Source: the human T2T-CHM13v2.0 reference genome, Homo sapiens
Direction: 5' to 3' (one strand)
NCBI RefSeq assembly: GCF_009914755.1
Contig: NC_060942.1
DNA length: 64,000 bases
Below, in pieces: positions 57,263 through 64,000 of the stretch. Numbering within the stretch: the first letter of the stretch is position 1; each line of letters starts with the position of its first letter. Position numbers and translations under genes: made by a program. The notes below the pieces were generated by a model. That model saw only the letters and a program-made list of their open reading frames with translations, was not told the DNA's origin and did no database searches.

Positions 57263-57508
57263 TTTATTGTTTCTACTGTTCTAACTATATTTTCAGTTTC
57301 ACCCAAAATACTAGGTAAAATTAGATTATCTTTTACTATTTCTACTCAGGATAATAACAGTGTTATGAAATAATACTGTTAAATTATAACAGATTATCTT
57401 TTATTATTTCTACTGTATCTTTTATTATTTATATTGTTTCTACAGTATCTAACTATATCTTTAGTTTTACCCAAATACTAGGTAAAAAAAAATTATCTTT
57501 TATTATTT
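57263..57508. repeat. Imperfect direct duplication with ~168-bp period
   Basis: attgtttctac..t.ctaactatat.tt.agttt.acccaaa(a)tactaggtaaaa occurs at ~57266 and ~57433. Confidence 0.85.
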
Positions 57509-58597
57509 ATATCTTGTCCACAGCAGAAAACTTTTAGAATGCTATGTTAATTTCATTGCAAACTTTGCAAATCTGTTTTTAAATGCAATCTTAAGTATTT
57601 TTTAATGTACACAGCTTGGATTTTATTTTTTCTAGTAACTGAAAGAATTTTACATGTATAAAGAGACTGTGACACACATATGTTAAAAAAAAAACAACTC
57701 CTGCATTTGTGGAAAGCAACAAATAATAGGAAAGAAAATAAAATTTTAAAAAGCAGCTTTTCAGGAGTGATGATAATGGAGTATGTAGCTCCAAGAGCCC
57801 TTCTCTCCAGATAAATATTGAAAAAATGAGTGCAACCATCAGACTCCACTTTCACATTTGTTCCAACTTTGGCAAAGAGTCAAAGGTTTACAGCAACCAC
57901 AACCGGCAGATGCTGAATTAAGGAAAAGGTAAATTAAACTTGGTCAGATAACTTTGTGGAATTTGTCCTTGTCTTTGGCCCAATACCCTCTGCTTTGCAG
58001 CAGCGATTTTGAAAACCACAGCTCATATTCCCAATTTGTAATTTTGGTCACTGGTTCTGAAAGGAAGAGAGTATATGTTATTCCCAAATAATTGTGTTTT
58101 TCCATTATTACTTAATCTGGCAGTCAACTGAAAGAATAACCCAAGGTGCCTGCTTTTGTTTTGTCTAGCTCAGAAATCACACAGGGTGGAAATGTGGCTA
58201 TAACAGAAGGTATCCCTTGAAGATATTTTAATTCAAATGAAAAATCCACTGCAACATTGGAAAAAGGTACAGTTGAGCAAATTATAGGTACACTGAAAGC
58301 CTCAGAGGACAACTCAAGGAGAAAATATATGTGGATAATTAAAAATTATTTTTCTTCTTCCTGGTGTTCAAGCAAATCCCTGTCCAAAATGAGCTGCGTA
58401 TAGCTAAATGACCAGAGAATTAAGAGACTACACATAACAAGAAGAATAAAGGATTTACAAGAGTAATTTAGAAAAGTTACTGAACAAAGAACTACTTATG
58501 CAAAGTAATAAAAGCAAACCCCAAGGAGGAGGATGAATATAATTTTCAGAGATGCCATATTATAATATTCAAAATGCCCAGTTTTCAATAAGGAATT

Positions 58598-58598
58598 G

Positions 58599-58645
<47 letters not shown>

Positions 58646-58685
58646 AAGAAGGAAGGAAGGAAAGAAAGAAAGGAAGAAGAGAAAG

Positions 58686-58755
<70 letters not shown>
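58598..58755. repeat. Homopurine compound microsatellite (GAAA)n/(GA)n/(GAAG)n
   Basis: About 158 nt of purines only. Confidence 0.97.
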
Positions 58756-58756
<1 letters not shown>

Positions 58757-59668
58757 CAGACCCATTTCTAGGAGATACTAAGAGAGGCTTTCCCAGAGGA
58801 AGCACAGACATTGAACTTGCTTGACAAACACTCTCAAAATAGACTCAGCCAACTAAAGAAAACAATGAACAAAAGACAATAGGATCTTGGAAGAATGATG
58901 TCTTAAGAAACACAGAATATGAGTGGACATAAATTATTAAAAAGGTAATGAAACAAATTCTATAGCTGACAATAATTGAAATGAAAAATTAACTGAAGAG
59001 GTTCATCAGCAGATACTGGCAGGCTAAAGAAATAATCAACAAATCTGAAAATTGGTTAACTTACACTATACATTCTGAGATCCAGAATAACAAAAAAATA
59101 AAACTGAACAGAGACTAAAAGACTTTGGGAATATTATCAGTTATACCAACATATATATAATAAGAGCCTCAGAAAGAGAGTTGAAGAGGCAGAAATAATA
59201 TTAAGAGAAATAATGGCTGATAACATTTAAATTTGATGAAAGTCATAAATCTATACATTCTAAAAGCTCAACAAATTCTAAGCAGGATAAACTCAAAATG
59301 ATTGACTCTAAAATACATTATAATCACACTGCTGAAAGCAAAGACAAAGAGAGAAGCATATAAAGCATGCACTAAGGCTCCCCAGTAAGACCTACAGTCT
59401 ATTTTTCACCAGAAGCTATAGATGTCAGACGACAGTGGGATGGCATATTCTATGTGCTGTGAAAAAACGGAGACTATCAAACAAGAATCCTATATCCAGC
59501 AAAACTATCATTCAAAAATGAGGGAGAAATTAAGATTTTTCCAAATAAAAGATGAACAAAAGCTAAGGGAATTTGTATCACTGGAGCAGCCCTATAAAAA
59601 ATGTTAAAGGTGGTTCTTCTGGTTGAAATAAAAAGATACAAGACAGTAACTCAAAGCTATATGAAGAA

Positions 59669-60003
<335 letters not shown>

Positions 60004-61384
60004 CAAAGCTGTATGAAGAAAAAAAAAGTCTCTGTTAAAGGTAAGACATGGGCAAATATAAGAGCCAGTATTATTTTTTTGGTTTGAAACTTCACTCTTC
60101 ATTTCCTACAGGATTTAAATACAAATACTTAAAATAATCATAAATCTATATTATTGGGAACATAACGCATAATGATTTAATTTGTAACAACAACCACATA
60201 AGCAATGAGAGATGACCTGTGTAGGGGCAGAGTTTATGTACACTACTAAGGCTAATTGGTATCAATTCAAAATAAATTGCTATACTTTGAAGAGGTTAAT
60301 TGTAATCCATGGGTAACCACGAAGAAATTAACTAAAAATATATATGGAAAAGTAAGTGAGAAAGAAATCGAAAGGGTACACTACAAAAAATTACTTAAAC
60401 ACAAAGAAGCAGTAATACAGGAATTTGTGGAACAAAATAAAATGACATGGGGAGCAAATAACAAAATGGCAGAAGTTTTTACTTATCTGCCATTAATTTA
60501 AATGCATGTGAATTAAACTCTCCAATTAAAAGGTAGAGAATAACATAGTGGATTTAAAAAGCATGATCCTACAATACACCTACAAGAGACTCCATTTAAA
60601 TTCCAAAACACAAAGAGGTGGAAGTGAAAGGATGGAGACAGATACTCTATGCAAATAATAACCAAACTAGAACCAGTGGTACCTACTATCAGATAAAACA
60701 GACTTTAAGTAAAAATGGTTATCAGAGACAAAGAAGGTCCAGACATTACATAATGATGAAAGGAAAAATCCATCAAGAAGATGAATTATAAACACATATA
60801 TATATACACACACACATATATATATATATGACAATCACAGAATTGAAGGGAGAAGTTAACAGCTCTACAGTATTAGAAGACTTCAATATCACACTTTCAA
60901 TAACAGAAAAACTAGGCAAAAAAACAGCAAGAAAACAGAGGACTTGATCAACACTATAAACTAGCTAGGCATAAAAGAAAAAATATGGAACACTCCACTG
61001 AAACAGGAGAATACATATTTTTTCCCAAGTGTACATGAAACTGTCTCAGTTTTTGCTACCTATATTGATTTCTATCTGGCTTACTATTATTTCAAATGAA
61101 ATTATTCTAAGTACACTAGTTTTCATAAAATTAGTTGTTTAGCTGAAAAGAAGGGTACTTTTGTTGCAAAAATGAAAGCAAAATTTTACAGTAGATATTT
61201 AAATTTTTTTTTAGCAGGTTTTGTTTTGTTTTCTTTTCCCTCAGAAAACTGTTACTTCTGGCAGACTAATTTTGGGTTTTAATTCAACTGTATTAAAACG
61301 TAGGCCAGTTTGATTAACAAAATGAGACAATATTAGCACATTCATTTTGCTGGAAACTTAAGGTGAAGGACAACTAAAGAAAAC

Positions 61385-61660
61385 AATCCCAGCACTTTGG
61401 GTGGCCCAGGTGGGTAGATCACGAGGTCAGGAGATGGAGACCATCCTGGCTAACTTGTTGAAACCCTGTCTCTACTGAAAATACAAAAAATTAGCTGGGT
61501 GTGGTGGCACGCACCTGTAGCCTCAGCTACTCGGGAGGCTAAGGCAGGAGAGTCACTTGAACCGGGGAGGCAGAGGTTGCAGTGAGCCTAGATTGCGCCA
61601 CTGCACTCCAGCCTGGGCGACAGAGTGAGAATCCATCTCAAAACAACAACAACAACAAAA
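61385..61660 (+). mobile_element. Alu (Sc/Y-like), 5'-truncated, (CAA)n tail
   Basis: Starts at aatcccagcactttggg; gatcacgaggtcaggagatggagaccatcctggctaac. Confidence 0.93.
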
Positions 61661-62178
61661 TCTAACTTATAGAATAATCATGATGAAAAATCAAGCAGTG
61701 GCTTGGCTTTCTAAGCCTGTTTAAACCTACAATTTAATATGTTTCAGAAAGCTTCACAAATTATTAATAGCATGAAACATTATTTTGGTGGTTGGCCTTA
61801 AAATACTTTCACAATCTCATACTATTGGCCATTTAATGCCACAAGGAGATCAATTTCGTTTTCAAGCAAGAAGAATCCCTGGTGTTCATCTTTACTCTGT
61901 TAATAGGCTGAATTGTGTTGGTTGATTTTGTTGAAATCCAAATAGCCCAGCATTCTCAAGTTAAATACAATTAATTATGATATTTTATCTTTTTAATGTA
62001 TTTCAAGGTATTTTATTGATAATTTTTGCTTCAATGTCCATGAGAATTACTGGTTTATAGTCTGTCTTTCTTCCTCATCCTACACAAAAACAACAATGAG
62101 GTCAACTATTCAAAAATGAGAATGATGAGCTCTGGAATATTGCTGGAGTGCTGTTAGAAGGCTACAGCAACACAGAGG

Positions 62179-62344
62179 AGTACAGAGACCAGGGATGGGT
62201 GCATATAAAGAAGAAGAAAATATTTGTCTGTATCACCACCTCCCTCGCCGCCAGGCTGGTGCAGTACAGAGACCAGGGATGACTGCATATAAAGGAGAAG
62301 AAGGTATTTTGTCTGCATCACCCCACCTCTCCAGGCTGGTGCAG
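62179..62344. repeat. Two-copy tandem duplication, 84-bp period, in probable old L1 5'UTR sequence
   Basis: agtacagagaccagggatg...gcatataaag...tttgtctg.atcacc...ccaggctggtgc at 62179 and 62263. Confidence 0.9.
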
Positions 62345-62544
62345 CACCAAGATAAATCCCCTCAGTCAAAAATTCCCCCCTGGATTGAGAAGGGGAGCAG
62401 GGAACCTCAGCAGCCTTTGACACAGTGGATCCCAGCCACCATAGCTACTGCCACAGAAGACTCACCTAATCTTCACTGATGTCAAACCAAGCCACTGGCA
62501 CTGCCCAGAGCCAGAACCACTGCATTGAACTCATGCTGTTTGGT

Positions 62545-63775
62545 TCATGGATTATTTTTTTCTGATTTCACTGAATTTGCTATTAATGTTCTCTTGTAGT
62601 TTGCTGAACTTCTTTACAACAATTATTTTCAATTATTTGTCTGGAAATCATACAATCCCATTAATTTGGGGTCAGTTACTGGGGAATTATCACATTATTT
62701 TGGCAATGTCATGTATCTCTGTTTTTCTTTGTTCCTTATAGCCTTGCTTTCAAAAATGTGACAGAAATCATAAAAAGAACTAATTTCTGGTGTGGAAGAA
62801 TACAATGACTAAAATGAAAATTATATAGAGAGCTTCAATGACACATTCGATCAAGCAGAAGAAATACTAAACAAATTCAAAGACAGAATACTTGAAATTA
62901 TCCTGACATAGTAGGAAAAATAATAAAAAAGAGTAGAGAATATCTATGGGATTTATGGAACACTATTAAGTGAATTGATGTAAGCATTGTGGAAGTCTTG
63001 TGTGGCAAAAAGGGAACCCTTGTACACTGTTGATGGGAATGTAAATTAGTACATCCATTACGAGAATCAGAATGAAATTTCCTCAAAAAAATTAAAAAAA
63101 AAACAAAACTTTTTTACCATATGACCCAGCAATCCCATCACTTGGTATATTTAAAGGAAATGAAATCAATATCTAGAAAAGATATCTGCACTGCTACATT
63201 CAGTGCAGCATTATTCACAATACCCAAGATATGTAAACAACCTATGTGTCCATTGAAAGATGCATGGATAAAGAAAAGGGGGTACACATGTGTGTACAAT
63301 TGAGTATTATTCAGCCTTAAAATGAAAGAAAATTCTGCCATTCACAACATGGATGAGCACTGGGACATGCTGAGTGAAATAAGCCAGATACAGAAAGAAA
63401 AACACTGCATAACCTAACATATATATGGAATCTAATAATCAAATAGTCAAATTCATAAAAGTAGAGAGCAAAATGATGGTTGCAAAAAGTGGGAGAAAAT
63501 GGAGAGAAGTTGATTAAAGGGTACAAGCTTTCAGTTGTGTAAGATTAATAAATTCTAGAGATCTGATATACATAATGGTGACTATAGTTAATACTGCGTC
63601 TACACTTGATAATTGCTAAGTAAGTAAATTTTGAATGTTCTCGCCACACAGAGAACAAAAGGTGATTATATGAGGTGATGGATACGCTAATTAGCTTGAC
63701 TGCAGTAATCAATTCTCATTTATATGTATTTGAAAACAGCAAATTATATTTTATAAAACTGTTATTTTAAAATAA
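62545..63775 (+). mobile_element. L1 mosaic: antisense ORF1 piece (62545-62750), sense ORF1 piece (62751-63000), L1MA 3' end (63001-63775)
   Basis: ttcgatcaagcagaagaaa (ORF1); aaagggaacccttgtacactgttgatgggaatgtaaattagtac; gaggtgatggatacgctaattagcttgac (L1MA 3'UTR). Confidence 0.8.
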
Positions 63776-64000
63776 AACAAATGTTACTAATTTAAGAAAA
63801 GAAAGAAAATAAGAGCATAATAGTAAATATTCACAGGTTTAAATTCAGATATTGTTTTAAATATAGAATATTAATAATTAGTAAATATGACATAATTATG
63901 ATCATGCCCAGGATATAAGAATACTTAAAATAAAAGAGCAGTCAGTCATTTTTTTCAAAAAGTTCTATATATCTATCATTATAAAGGTAATATATATTTT

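Overview
AT-rich primate (most likely human) non-coding DNA, intronic or intergenic. It is CpG-poor with no CpG island and contains Alu, L1, L2, MIR, MaLR/ERVL LTRs, hAT and mariner MITEs and microsatellites. I find no credible protein-coding gene: the ORFs in the track are short, Alu/L1/microsatellite-derived or chance ORFs. The one informative ORF (8291-8530) overlaps a decayed ERVL dUTPase. Main structures: (1) a nested stack at ~7.3-12.9 kb, MIR > MLT1 LTR > internally deleted two-LTR ERVL provirus with readable gag and dUTPase remnants > MLT1A (> two Alus) and MER5; (2) a perfect 21-bp inverted repeat in apparently unique DNA at 19246-19302, plus other apparent template-switch scars; (3) a 3'-truncated tailless 5S rRNA retrocopy; (4) two 5'-inverted L1 insertions, one with an extra third segment; (5) a recursive-splice-site-like AG|GT motif and two candidate non-coding minus-strand exons. 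I cannot support a genuinely new biological system from sequence alone. Repeat subfamily names come from recalled consensus sequences rather than a RepeatMasker run, and boundaries of old repeats are approximate.
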